A stretch of 29,426 bases of DNA from Octopus sinensis (Eukaryota). The position numbers were made by a program, and so were the translations under genes. Below, in pieces: positions 1 through 29,426 of the stretch. The stretch covers positions 1-29,426 of the forward strand of contig NW_021833219.1 in assembly GCF_006345805.1 (NCBI RefSeq), given 5' to 3'. The notes below the pieces were generated by a model. That model did no database searches and had not been told where the DNA came from. It saw only the letters and a list, made by a program, of their open reading frames with translations. The stretch's first letter is position 1. Every line of letters starts with the position of its first letter.

Positions 1-320
1 TTTATTTTAAGTTTTGGTTCATGTTTTTCACTGTTTGATTTGCCTAATAGTGTTTTATCTATAATTTAATTATATAAATAATATATATATTATTATATAT
101 ATATATATATATATAAGGATGAAAAGGGACACACGAGTTGATATATATGCAAAAACAAGTCAAGATAGAAAGTGCTAAAATAATTTTATAAAGAACATTC
201 AGTAGTACCGGTTTCAGTCATTCGAGACCTTTTCAACTGTAAACATTTAAAAATTAAAATTTAGAAAAATTAAAGAAAAGTTCTTTTAAAAGAATTTGTA
301 TAGTGTTCAAATATAAGTGG

Positions 321-350
<30 letters not shown>

Positions 351-355
<5 letters not shown>

Positions 356-704
356 TTAGAGACAAAACCACTATTATGCAATCAAACAAAGAAAGACTTA
401 ATCCAATACATAAAAATTTTATATAAATTAAATAAAATTAAGTTATCCCTACAATTGTTTCCTGTCACTTCTAAGGACATTCATCAGGTGGTTTCAAGAC
501 CTTCTATTCAATTTTAATTATGAAAAAAATTACTTCATAATTTTAAATTGAATAGGTCTTGAGACCACCTGATGAATGTCCTTAAAATGATAGGAAACAA
601 TTGTAGTGATAATAATTAATTTTATTTAATTTATATAAAATTTTATGTATTGGATTAAGTCTTTTTGTTTGATTTGCATAATAGTGGTTTTGTCTCTAAT
701 TAAT
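351..704. repeat. AT-rich foldback/MITE-like inverted repeat (about 170-bp arms, centre near 528)
   Basis: attaattagagacaaaaccactattatgcaa... is the reverse complement of ...ttgcataatagtggttttgtctctaattaat. Bases 30-75 resemble the right arm of a second copy. Confidence 0.85.
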
Positions 705-794
705 ATTATATTATATTTTACTATAAAATGGATTCAATCCTAAATCTGATTTCCCCTGTAATTTGGATTTATTCCCTAATATTTATTATTATTT

Positions 795-866
<72 letters not shown>

Positions 867-918
867 TATTATGTATGTATGTATGTATGTATTTATGTCT
901 TTGTATGCACATCTACAG

Positions 919-29426
<28,508 letters not shown>

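Overview
Eukaryotic, repeat-rich genomic DNA, most likely from an octopus or other coleoid cephalopod (inferred from the SINE types and extreme microsatellite load). The window is the interior of one large + strand gene, an SVEP1/polydom orthologue. I could splice 13 coding exons by hand, all GT-AG and phase-compatible, giving about 6.83 kb of stop-free CDS: 2 ephrin-receptor-like Cys-rich repeats, 6 EGF, a pentraxin domain and at least 28 complete sushi/CCP modules. The last exon starts at 24615, runs off the window end (at least 4812 nt, 26 complete sushi modules) and is missing from the ORF track. Most listed ORFs are microsatellite read-throughs. The introns hold four tRNA-derived SINE types, a 5S rRNA-derived copy, a Penelope-like retroelement fragment (RT thumb + GIY-YIG), decayed CR1-like and RLE-type LINE fragments, three non-autonomous Helitrons (two in head-to-tail tandem) and several foldback/MITE-like inverted repeats. 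Most notable: (1) at least five minimal, palindromic-stem-III (dimer-type) hammerhead-ribozyme-like motifs linked to Penelope pseudo-LTRs, four in the pre-mRNA sense and two sharing a non-canonical CUGU core; (2) a 282-bp intronic copy of the giant exon that differs mostly at synonymous sites; (3) an extended loop in the sushi module that appears positionally equivalent to the integrin-binding CCP21 of mammalian SVEP1; (4) a 100-bp hairpin with A-C mismatches just upstream of the giant exon.
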